DNA of 64,000 bases from positions 1 through 64,000 of IMG/VR virus record IMGVR_UViG_3300020172_001601. The stretch is one strand, 5' to 3'. Positions 55,092-63,527 of this stretch are shown here, one piece after another. The notes below the pieces were generated by a model. That model made no database searches. It had not been told where the DNA came from and worked only from the letters and a program-made list of their open reading frames with translations. The translations under genes were made by a program, and so were the position numbers. Every line of letters starts with the position of its first letter. The stretch's first letter is position 1.

Positions 55092-55648
55092 TATCCTAGT
55101 AGCGATTTGACTCGTTCAAAGTCGGCCTCGATGTTGTCACATCGCCAGACCCAAAAAGCTCCCACGTTGAGTGTAGGGTGGTAGTTCGGGGCGACAATAG
55201 AAGCAAAGCCCTCGAAGTCTTCTGGCCACCATCCTGATTTGTGGCATTTCGGATCAGGGTTGCCCACTTCAACCATGTATTCGCCGAGCGGCGTGAATAG
55301 AATTTGCTTATCAGAAATAGACTTCATTCGTTCTACGAGACGGAATCCGTCTTCTTTGGACAGGTGTTCGATGCCATCAGAGCAGTTTGCCACTGTGTAA
55401 TGTTTGTTGAAGCACTTGTGGTTTCCAAGAACGTCAGCTTGAACAAATCGGTGCATTTGGCCTGGAATATTCCAGCAGTCCAAAGCATCGACATACACTT
55501 TATCTTTGAACTCCAAATTTCTGGTGACAGTTGCCTCGCAAGAACAAAGGTCAATGAGTGTTTGTTCATCAATGGTGTTGCCAATGATAGCCCTGATTAC
55601 TTTCTCATAAAGAGGGAAGCTGCCGTGATCTTGGATGTCTAGTTTCAT
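55088..55648 (-). CDS. SAM-dependent methyltransferase-like protein
   Basis: LIDLCS, DGIEHLSKEDG, LFTP.G, HKSGW; CTAAATA 5 nt before the ATG. Confidence 0.75.
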   Translation of the reverse strand: MKLDIQDHGSFPLYEKVIRAIIGNTIDEQTLIDLCSCEATVTRNLEFKDKVYVDALDCWNIPGQMHRFVQADVLGNHKCFNKHYTVANCSDGIEHLSKEDGFRLVERMKSISDKQILFTPLGEYMVEVGNPDPKCHKSGWWPEDFEGFASIVAPNYHPTLNVGAFWVWRCDNIEADFERVKSLLGY

Positions 55649-55767
55649 GAAAGTATTTAGCTACTTTCTTCGTTTTTCTCCCGATGGTACTAGAGCTAAT
55701 GAATTTTTACCTCACTTCAAAATACATACTCATGTAAAGTAACCCATTAAGTACACGGAGGGCTATC

Positions 55768-56331
55768 ATGGGCATGGAAGAAGAGGAAAAACCCAAACAA
55801 CGCACCAGAAGGGAATTCGAGGAAGATCACACGCCGCTATGGATCAAGATATTCGGCGGTTCAATTTTGAGTATTGCCTTTTTGTGCGTAATAACTCTCA
55901 CTGGATATATCGTAAGCAATATCAACAACATTCAAACGCAAGTGAATTGCGTGAATGCTGACATGATAACAAAAAAAGAATTCACAGATCGTCAAAAATC
56001 TATCTGGGATTCAATGAAGGTTGACAGCGATAATATTGCCGGACTGAAAGAGCGACTGAATGCCATCGAGAGTTTGGCAAAAGAACGACAGTTGTGGATG
56101 GAAAAATACGAAGCCAAGATTGCTGAACAAAATAAGGCACTCGAAGTGGTTAACAAGGAAATTGCGGCTTATAAAGAGCGAGCAAATGGTGCAGAAACAC
56201 AGTTGATGCAAGTCCGAGAAGAGAATCGTCAACTTCAGAAGGACATTCAATCTCTTCGAGAAAGAGTGGCCGCTATTGAGGGCAAAACTGGCGCACCGGC
56301 TCCACCCGCTCCAGAAAAGAAAAAAGAATAA
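55768..56331 (+). CDS. Single-TM coiled-coil protein
   Basis: GGAGG RBS; TM followed by about 110-aa coiled coil. Confidence 0.75.
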   Translation: MGMEEEEKPKQRTRREFEEDHTPLWIKIFGGSILSIAFLCVITLTGYIVSNINNIQTQVNCVNADMITKKEFTDRQKSIWDSMKVDSDNIAGLKERLNAIESLAKERQLWMEKYEAKIAEQNKALEVVNKEIAAYKERANGAETQLMQVREENRQLQKDIQSLRERVAAIEGKTGAPAPPAPEKKKE

Positions 56332-56373
56332 CTCCTTCAAGGGAGAGACATATAATCTCTCTAGGAGGACATT

Positions 56374-56673
56374 ATGAAATATCTAGCTTTTGTCGTAGCT
56401 TTGCTTGCGGGCAGCTTTTTCGCTGCCCCAGCAAACGCTCAGTTTGTGCATTATCCACAGCCGCAGGTTTATCCAAGGCCGTATCCGCAAATCAGGGTTT
56501 ATACGGTTTATCCGGTTTATCCCGTCTATCCCGTTTATCGGGTTTATCCGCAATATAACCCATATTTCAACCCATATACGCCGTACTACAACCCGTATCC
56601 GTACCAGCCGTATGTGCCTTATCAGCCGTATCGTCACCAGTACCAGTTCCAGTTCCAAATCTACCGCTGGTGA
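56374..56673 (+). CDS. Secreted Tyr/Pro/Gln-rich low-complexity protein
   Basis: Signal peptide ending ANA; VYP and YNPY repeats; AGGAGG RBS. Confidence 0.75.
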   Translation: MKYLAFVVALLAGSFFAAPANAQFVHYPQPQVYPRPYPQIRVYTVYPVYPVYPVYRVYPQYNPYFNPYTPYYNPYPYQPYVPYQPYRHQYQFQFQIYRW

Positions 56674-56675
56674 GC

Positions 56676-56704
56676 TTTACAAGAGCGAAAAACCACGGTA
56701 TAAT
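56676..56704 (+). promoter_or_regulatory. Early-type promoter TTTACA-N17-TATAAT
   Basis: Exact 17-nt spacing with GG before the -10. Confidence 0.75.
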
Positions 56705-56745
56705 GAGGAATCTAAAAACGAAAAGAAAGTCTCAGAGGAAAACAG

Positions 56746-57597
56746 ATGTGGTTTTTCAGTGCGGATTGGCATCTTGGACATGCCAATATCATCAAGTATT
56801 GCAAGAGGCCCTTTCTATCCCGTGAGGAAGAAGGGCTTCTTTCAATGGCAGACCGTGGAGTGATTCCAGCCAGGGAACTGCGTATATCTCAGGAATCCAC
56901 CAATCGGATGACGGATACCATTCTCGACAGCACAAATGCTGTTGTTGGTCCAGACGATACGCTGGTCATTATCGGCGATTTCTGTTGGACCCCAAGGGAT
57001 GACCGATTTGCCGTCGCCAAAAAGTTCCGTGACCGAATCAATTGCAAGAACGTGTATTTGATTTGGGGTAATCATGACGACCGCCGAATCCTTTCCCCCT
57101 TGTTCAAAGCGTGCTACGATCAATACGTTTTCAACGTAGATGGTCAGAACATCTTTACCAGCCACTACCCTTGTCGATCTTGGGATATGGCTCATCACGG
57201 CTCCTGGGATTTATATGGGCATGTTCATGACCTGTATGGCCCGGAAGACAATGGTGATCTGATGCCATATGAGAAGCAAGTCTTTTCGGAAGGTTTCACT
57301 TCCGTCTTGAACCGATATGGCCTACTCCATAACATGGCCGAGCAACTGGATGTGGTAGAAGACCTTCTGGCCGTTTGTGCGTCTCTCAACGGCATTGACT
57401 TGACAGTTGACGTTGGTGTGGATAATCGCATTCGAGGCGAAGCCGTACCATTTGGTACGCCGTGGAGCATGAACGATCTCCGCACCCACATGGGCAAGAA
57501 AAAGGCACGCTGGGATGCTCGACACGAAGGATACAGAAGTCTTCGTCCGGCATCCAGTTTGAAGGGTGGAAACCCTAACGCCGATCCGAAATTCTAA
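56746..57597 (+). CDS. Calcineurin-like metallophosphoesterase
   Basis: DWHLGH, GDF, GNHD, SHYP, GHVH, DVGVD. Confidence 0.9.
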   Translation: MWFFSADWHLGHANIIKYCKRPFLSREEEGLLSMADRGVIPARELRISQESTNRMTDTILDSTNAVVGPDDTLVIIGDFCWTPRDDRFAVAKKFRDRINCKNVYLIWGNHDDRRILSPLFKACYDQYVFNVDGQNIFTSHYPCRSWDMAHHGSWDLYGHVHDLYGPEDNGDLMPYEKQVFSEGFTSVLNRYGLLHNMAEQLDVVEDLLAVCASLNGIDLTVDVGVDNRIRGEAVPFGTPWSMNDLRTHMGKKKARWDARHEGYRSLRPASSLKGGNPNADPKF

Positions 57598-57643
57598 ATA
57601 CGGCCTGAACCTAAAGCGGTTTCGGCCTCTCTAGGTTGGCATC

Positions 57644-58372
57644 ATGAATATCAATAAAGTAACTATAACCGGGGCCGATAACAGTGTTCGCCCTGAAGAC
57701 CTTTTGGCTTTGTCTGCCGAATTCCCATTTGTCGAGTGGGCGATCCTGCTGAGTAGCACGAAAGAAGACAACCCCAGGTTCCCAAGTCGTGCCTGGATTG
57801 ACGAGCTTGCTGCTTTAGGAAAATCTCACAACCTTCAATTAGCAGGCCATGTTTGTGGAGCCTGGGTCCGAAATCTCGTTGTCAAGAAAGACCCTGCTGT
57901 ATTTGTTGAGCGGCCTGAATTTCTCGAATACTTCCCTCGTATTCAATTGAATTTCAGCCCATATCACGCAGCCCAATTGTTTTTGGATGTATTGAAGCCG
58001 TTCAACAACGAGTTCATTTTCCAAGTGGGCAGTCAAGGCAAGACAGACAAAGTAGCCTTGCTTAACCTTGGTCGTAGCTTGGGCTTAAACCTCTCGATCC
58101 TCTTTGATCGGTCGGGCGGCAAGGGCGTGGTGCCATCAGATTGGCCAGAGCCTATTGACCCATTTTACCTGGGTTATGCTGGCGGGCTGGGTCCAGACAC
58201 ATTGTCAGACCAATTGCCGAAAATATCGGAAACGGTGGGCGATAGAACGATTTGGATCGACATGGAATCCAGAGTTCGATCTGATGACGACCAGCAGTTC
58301 GATCTTGATAAGGTTCGTGCATGTCTTGAAATATCAAGACCTTGGGTCGATTCTACAGTACGATTGCCGTAA
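57644..58372 (+). CDS. TrpF (phosphoribosylanthranilate isomerase)-like TIM-barrel protein
   Basis: LFDRSGGKG, YAGGLGPD, WIDMESRVR, FDLDKV echo the PRAI C-terminal half. Confidence 0.6.
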   Translation: MNINKVTITGADNSVRPEDLLALSAEFPFVEWAILLSSTKEDNPRFPSRAWIDELAALGKSHNLQLAGHVCGAWVRNLVVKKDPAVFVERPEFLEYFPRIQLNFSPYHAAQLFLDVLKPFNNEFIFQVGSQGKTDKVALLNLGRSLGLNLSILFDRSGGKGVVPSDWPEPIDPFYLGYAGGLGPDTLSDQLPKISETVGDRTIWIDMESRVRSDDDQQFDLDKVRACLEISRPWVDSTVRLP

Positions 58373-58382
58373 AGAAGTCGGT

Positions 58383-58411
58383 TTTACAACCAACAAAAAA
58401 CGTGGTACAAT
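58383..58411 (+). promoter_or_regulatory. Early-type promoter TTTACA-N17-TACAAT
   Basis: Same class as 56676; embedded in a hairpin. Confidence 0.65.
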
Positions 58412-58440
58412 GTCTACAAGGGCATTGCCCACGTTTTTTT
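58395..58440 (+). terminator. Long hairpin/terminator overlapping the promoter
   Basis: aaaaaacgtgg..caatgtc / ggcattg.ccacgtttttt. Confidence 0.6.
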
Positions 58441-58493
58441 ATTGGTCGGGTTGAACCTGTTCCCCGGTTTCCTCTCTTGGCCTTCAGGAGAAA

Positions 58494-59009
58494 ATGATGG
58501 GCATCGACTACACGACATATATTGGACCTCACGTTCGTTGTAAGACGAAGAAGGTTCCGTCCACCAAGACGATTCGCACTTGTTCCGACGCAACCTGCAA
58601 GTTGTATGCAAGCGAAGTGTACGAGAAGCAGAAGAAGTTCTGTGGTCAATGTGGATCGCCGGTTGAAGATCGTGACCTTCCTATTGAAGTTGATAACGTC
58701 ATTGCCCATGACGTGCGAATGGACTTGTTGGATGAAGCCTTATATGACGTGCCGGGTGATTCTTTTCACTTTTGGATGAGAGACAATAATACCCACATTT
58801 GGCTCGCCAATAGGCATGTTCCTGACGCACGGGAATTCTCATTCGACCCTGAAGCGGACATTCAATATGTCCCCATGAATGCCGAATTGATCGCCAAAGA
58901 AATTGAACAGTTCAGTTCCTTCTACGAGAAGGAAATTACCATACTTCGAGAAGAGTATGGTGCTGAAAACGTAGAGGTTCAGTGGGGCCTCATTCACTAC
59001 ATCAGCTAA
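58494..59009 (+). CDS. Hypothetical protein with zinc ribbon
   Basis: CSDATC and FCGQCG; AGGAG RBS. Confidence 0.75.
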   Translation: MMGIDYTTYIGPHVRCKTKKVPSTKTIRTCSDATCKLYASEVYEKQKKFCGQCGSPVEDRDLPIEVDNVIAHDVRMDLLDEALYDVPGDSFHFWMRDNNTHIWLANRHVPDAREFSFDPEADIQYVPMNAELIAKEIEQFSSFYEKEITILREEYGAENVEVQWGLIHYIS

Positions 59010-59046
59010 CAAACCGACTAAACACCTAACTAGGAGATTTTTACCA

Positions 59047-61161
59047 ATGGCCGTCAAGCAGCAAGATCAAGAAGTTTCGGAACTTGAGTCAATCATCGAA
59101 ACCCTCGACACTTTGTATGAATCGGGCGATGATTGTGTGCATCCGATCACCGGGAAGTTGGTTTCTGACCCGGAATACGATACGCTACGCAAGCGGCTGT
59201 TTGACTTGCATCCCAAGTCCTATATCTTCAAGGACGTGACGGCTTCAAACGCTGTACAGCACAGCAGGAAGGTTCCTCACAATCCTCCGATGGTGTCGAT
59301 CTCCAAGGCTATTGGGCCTTTGCAGGAACGCACCGATACGTTGAAGGATTTCGTCGGCAAGGTTCAGGCAGAACTTGCCTATGCCGACAGCGAAGAGAAG
59401 TATCTTGTGCAAGCCTACAAGCGTGATGGCGTTGCCGTGGCATTGTACTATGAGAACGGCGTCTTGACTCGTGCCGGTCTTCGTCCTCGCAATGGTACTG
59501 ATGGTGAAGACGTGACAGAAAACATCAAGCACGTTGAAGGCGTTCCGACTGAATTGTGGGAACATGACAAAGACGGCAACCGGGTGAAGTTCCTGCCTGT
59601 CACTTGTTCCATTCGTGGCGAAATCGAATGCCGCAAGTCTGTCTTCCGCAAGGTCGTGGAAGATTGGAATGATCCCAAGTTCGGCCTCGATTCTGAACCC
59701 AAGAATCCTCGCAACTACTCAGCGGGCAGCATTCGTCAGTTCTCGAATCCGGGTGTCACGAAGGAGCGTCGTTTGACGTTCACTGGATATTCTATCCTCG
59801 GCTGGAATGCCAAGGACAATAGCCCTGCTCCGTTCAAGACGGAGATTGAGCGGGCGAAGTACAGCAATGCCAAACTTCGCATTCCGTTCGTGCAGGTTCG
59901 TCCTTTCCGTTGGTCCGATCTTCAAATCCTCGAAGACTTGTCTTCGCAATTGGATTATGAAGTTGACGGCGTGGTTATTTCCGTCAACAACCTCGAAGAC
60001 GCCGAACAGATGGGTACTCACGGTGGCACGGCTACCGGAAATCCCAAGGCCAAGATTGCTTGGAAGTTCGCCGAAGAGTCGGCAGTGGTCGAAGTCGAAG
60101 GCATCACTTGGACGCCGGGTCGCAGTGGCAAGCTGACGCCTGTGTTGAACTTCAAGGGTGTCAAGCTGGATGGCACAACCGTCAGTCAATGTACTGGTCA
60201 CAGCCTTGGTTTCCTCGACGGAACCAGCAAGGCCAGCCTGGGCGAGATCGGCAAGTGGACGGAAGTTCGCATCATCAAGTCCGGCAAGATCATTCCAAAG
60301 GTGATCGAGATCGTCAAGAAAGGCTTCAGCAAGTTGGAAGTTCCGACGAAGTGTCCTTCGTGTAACTCCAAACTGGAAACCCGTCAGGGCGGCGACGGCA
60401 AAGACTTGGTGTGTACGTCAGACTTCTGTGGCGTTCGGGCCGTTGCTCGTCTTGTTCACTTCCTTTCCACGATTGGAGTGAAGGGAATTTCGGACAGCAT
60501 CCTGACCCGTCTGCTGGACGAGAAGTTGGTTCAATATCCTGATGAACTGTATAGCCTTTCGGTGGGCAAGTTGACGACTATTGGATTTTCCAAGCGTCAA
60601 GCGTTGTTGATTGTGTCTCGGCTGTATCTGCATGATGATCCTGCTCATGCTACTGATGATGAATTGGATCAATTCATCAAGCAGAAGAAGACCATCAAGA
60701 TTCCGGCGTGGCAGTTCTTTGCTTCCTTCGGCATTCCCGGCACGGGCAAGTCCGCAGGGCAGGCGCTTATCAATCACTTCGGGACGTTCGACGCTATTGG
60801 GTCTGCAACCCTGGCTCAACTTCAGGAAGTGGATGGGCTGGGCGAAACTTCGGCCAATGCCATCGTCGCCTTCTTTGGCGAACATGATGATATGGTGAAG
60901 CAATTGCTCAAGTTCATCGAGCCGGAAGGCAAGAAGCAAGGCAAGTTGTCTGGCCAGACGTTCGTGTTCACGGGTGGCTTCGATGGTGGCAAGGCCGCTT
61001 GGGAAAAGAAGGTTATTGACCTGGGTGCCTCGGTGTCAGGATCGGTCAGCAAGACGACCAATTATGTGGTGGTCGGAACCGATGCAGGCAGCAAGGAAGC
61101 CAAGGCCAAGCAACTCGGCATCAAGATGCTGAGTCCCGATCAGCTTGAAAAGCTGCTGTAG
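59047..61161 (+). CDS. ligA: NAD-dependent DNA ligase
   Basis: SDPEYD, KRDG adenylation motif, RGE, NPRN..AG, YEVDGVV, AWKF, C4 zinc finger, HhH, BRCT (FVFTG...GSVSKTT). Confidence 0.95.
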   Translation: MAVKQQDQEVSELESIIETLDTLYESGDDCVHPITGKLVSDPEYDTLRKRLFDLHPKSYIFKDVTASNAVQHSRKVPHNPPMVSISKAIGPLQERTDTLKDFVGKVQAELAYADSEEKYLVQAYKRDGVAVALYYENGVLTRAGLRPRNGTDGEDVTENIKHVEGVPTELWEHDKDGNRVKFLPVTCSIRGEIECRKSVFRKVVEDWNDPKFGLDSEPKNPRNYSAGSIRQFSNPGVTKERRLTFTGYSILGWNAKDNSPAPFKTEIERAKYSNAKLRIPFVQVRPFRWSDLQILEDLSSQLDYEVDGVVISVNNLEDAEQMGTHGGTATGNPKAKIAWKFAEESAVVEVEGITWTPGRSGKLTPVLNFKGVKLDGTTVSQCTGHSLGFLDGTSKASLGEIGKWTEVRIIKSGKIIPKVIEIVKKGFSKLEVPTKCPSCNSKLETRQGGDGKDLVCTSDFCGVRAVARLVHFLSTIGVKGISDSILTRLLDEKLVQYPDELYSLSVGKLTTIGFSKRQALLIVSRLYLHDDPAHATDDELDQFIKQKKTIKIPAWQFFASFGIPGTGKSAGQALINHFGTFDAIGSATLAQLQEVDGLGETSANAIVAFFGEHDDMVKQLLKFIEPEGKKQGKLSGQTFVFTGGFDGGKAAWEKKVIDLGASVSGSVSKTTNYVVVGTDAGSKEAKAKQLGIKMLSPDQLEKLL

Positions 61162-61180
61162 GATTCGTGAAATTCTTGAC

Positions 61181-61209
61181 TTTACAACATAGAAGGCAGG
61201 TGGTATTTT
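61181..61209 (+). promoter_or_regulatory. Early-type promoter TTTACA-N17-TATTTT
   Basis: Same class; the -10 lies at the tip of a 14-bp inverted repeat. Confidence 0.5.
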
Positions 61210-61223
61210 ATACCACCTGCCTT
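61193..61223. repeat. Perfect 14-bp inverted repeat (possible ligA terminator or operator)
   Basis: aaggcaggtggtat-ttt-ataccacctgcctt. Confidence 0.8.
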
Positions 61224-61231
61224 TCTTTAGA

Positions 61232-62332
61232 ATGCTGCTGAATGGAGAGAAGATGGAACGTCAAGAATTACTCAATAGCATTACTGCACAATTGGATGTA
61301 GCTGTTGATGAGAGCGATATTCGCCTACTGGCAAACAAATTGTGGCTTGATGCTGGTTCACCAGAAGGTGACGGAGCCTCTTTCTGGTTGGAGGCAGAGT
61401 CTCAATTGCTTGCCGACAAACGTGAGCAAATTGCCAAGACCATTCTTAATCGGGTGTTGATGCCCGTCATGCAAGAATCGGCAGCGTCTATTCAAGACGA
61501 GGCCCAAAAGTACACGCAGAACGCCGTCGCCGTATTGCAAAAAGAACTATTGGAGAACCAACAGTTGGTTTTGCCAGAAGGCGTTCGTTTTCACAAGCGA
61601 GTCGGCAAACTCGATTATCTTGTCATTGAACAGCAGCCTATGGTTCGCACCGTATTGGTTGATACCAGTTATCACAAAGGCAAAATTGGTGCGTCTCGAT
61701 ATGCAGAAGCGTCGTTGGGTGCAAAGGAATATCGCATTGCTTTGCCTTATGTGGTTTATCAGATTACGTTATCTGATTATCAAATGGCTAAGTTTCACAT
61801 TGCCTTCCGCACGGAACCATTGAAGACGCTCAAGGACAAATTGAGTCTTTGTGTTCTTCCTAACTCACATGCAGAAGGTACTGTGTGCTGTCCTTTCACA
61901 AGGCATAACCACACGAATATCGTTGATGCCGTGAGTCATATCATCGGCTTCTATTGGCAGTCGCAATATCGGTATTGTCTTCATCATAGTTTCCCCAACG
62001 ACCCAGCTTTCAAAACCTGGGATGCGTGGGAAAAAGCCAGTGAAGAAAACCCACTTTTTGTTCTCAATCTGAAGTGGCCGGAGTTGGGATACACATTGGC
62101 CGGATACCTGGGCGATGCTGCCAAGGAACAACCGCCAGCGCCGCCAGCAGGCTTCCAGGACTTGTCCTCGAAGTTCATCCGGGCAGCATCAAACATTCTG
62201 TCTTTCAAGGAAATTCCCAAACCCCAGCCTGTGGTCCAAATGACTGATGGCGATGTTCAAAATAAGGTCAAGCAGGCTCTTGATGCCTGCCTTAGAAGGT
62301 TACGGGAAGAACGGGAAGACGAAGATATTTAA
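61232..62332 (+). CDS. DUF2934-like plus prokaryotic E2-like (Prok-E2/PRTRC-B-like) domain protein
   Basis: IRLLANKLWLDAGSPEG...FWLEAE (DUF2934-like); LPYVVY...LPNSHAEGTVC...FYWQS (E2-like N..G.VC); start may be the GGAG-preceded downstream ATG. Confidence 0.55.
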   Translation: MLLNGEKMERQELLNSITAQLDVAVDESDIRLLANKLWLDAGSPEGDGASFWLEAESQLLADKREQIAKTILNRVLMPVMQESAASIQDEAQKYTQNAVAVLQKELLENQQLVLPEGVRFHKRVGKLDYLVIEQQPMVRTVLVDTSYHKGKIGASRYAEASLGAKEYRIALPYVVYQITLSDYQMAKFHIAFRTEPLKTLKDKLSLCVLPNSHAEGTVCCPFTRHNHTNIVDAVSHIIGFYWQSQYRYCLHHSFPNDPAFKTWDAWEKASEENPLFVLNLKWPELGYTLAGYLGDAAKEQPPAPPAGFQDLSSKFIRAASNILSFKEIPKPQPVVQMTDGDVQNKVKQALDACLRRLREEREDEDI

Positions 62333-62337
62333 TCTGC

Positions 62338-62366
62338 TTTACAGCCAGACCTATATGGGGTATAAT
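62338..62366 (+). promoter_or_regulatory. Early-type promoter TTTACA-N17-TATAAT
   Basis: Exact spacing with GG before the -10. Confidence 0.75.
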
Positions 62367-62374
62367 CGGTCATT

Positions 62375-63073
62375 GTGATCGCACGATATACTCCTGGCAA
62401 AGCAAAAGCCATGTTGCTCGAATTAGTGACAATTGAAACACCAGCCGCCTTCAAGGTGGTTAGCAGGGAGGCTATTGATCCGACGAAGTATATTTTCTTG
62501 GTCGAAGCGATTGCGCACAAGTTTCGGAAAAGGTTCCGGGGTAAATTCGAGAAGATCGAGGATACCGAGCCATATTCCATTGCTTCAATGGAGTTGGTCA
62601 AGGCCGCTGCCGGATACGATCCTGAAGTGAATGAAGACTTTAGCCGGTACGCATTTCGTGCGATGCGAAATGGAATTATCGAAGCCATTCGTCATCGTAA
62701 TCGTCAAAAGCGAACTGCTGAATTTGCCAAGTTGACCACTCTTGAGTGGCAAGAATTGCCAGAGAAAGAACAAGTTCTGTCTGCCGATATTCCCTCGGAT
62801 GTATATCAGACCTTGATGGCGAATCACCCGGACGATACCGAACAAGATCGTGCTGATAAGGCACTCTTGACGGAAATCTATATCCAGGGCAAAAAGATTC
62901 CATTCATTGCGGAGAAGTATGGAATCAGCAGAATGACGGTATACAACCGTCTTCGTCGCATCATTGGAAAAATCCGTCAGCGTCACAGCGACCTGATTGA
63001 GTCACACGGGGGAATACTCGATGAATGTCCTGAAAGAGAGCCTTGTCGTCTTCACCGAAGGGGCGAGGGTTAA
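62375..63073 (+). CDS. Sigma70-family (ECF-like) sigma factor
   Basis: LVKAAAGYDP...FSRYAFRAMRNGI (region 2); IAEKYGISRMTVYNRLRR (region 4 HTH); start 62375 or 62411. Confidence 0.85.
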   Translation: MIARYTPGKAKAMLLELVTIETPAAFKVVSREAIDPTKYIFLVEAIAHKFRKRFRGKFEKIEDTEPYSIASMELVKAAAGYDPEVNEDFSRYAFRAMRNGIIEAIRHRNRQKRTAEFAKLTTLEWQELPEKEQVLSADIPSDVYQTLMANHPDDTEQDRADKALLTEIYIQGKKIPFIAEKYGISRMTVYNRLRRIIGKIRQRHSDLIESHGGILDECPEREPCRLHRRGEG

Positions 63074-63527
63074 TTTCAAGGTATACGGCCATTTGGTTCC
63101 AGTGTTTGCAGGCTTGCTGGATGGTGAGCCTCAGATATTCGGAGTTGTGTGGGAAGATGCCGCTCAGAAAGAGGCGTTTGCCCGTCAGGTTCGTGATTGG
63201 ATCGCCGCAGATCGTCTCAAGGAATATATCATGGTGGTCGAAGCATGGACCGCCAATATTCCAGAGGGCGACCAGTATAAAGTCCGGGATTGGCTCAAAT
63301 CTCACGGAACCCTGCAAAATTGGCCCGACCGCAGCGAAGTGGTCATGGTCCTATATTGTTCGCCAACCGAAGAAATTGAGTATACAGCAGACATTATTCG
63401 TGGTAGAATCCCGGCACCAATGATCGGGGAATGGAAAATCAGCCAGCGTAAAGTGAAGTTCAACCACGAAGACTTCACTACTCGATTTCAAGGTTTGTTC
63501 CTTAAAAGCAAAGCGGGGCAAAACTAA
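63021..63527 (+). CDS. Hypothetical protein
   Basis: GGGGGA RBS before ATG 63021; EAW...P.R.EV motif. Confidence 0.7.
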   Translation: MNVLKESLVVFTEGARVNFKVYGHLVPVFAGLLDGEPQIFGVVWEDAAQKEAFARQVRDWIAADRLKEYIMVVEAWTANIPEGDQYKVRDWLKSHGTLQNWPDRSEVVMVLYCSPTEEIEYTADIIRGRIPAPMIGEWKISQRKVKFNHEDFTTRFQGLFLKSKAGQN

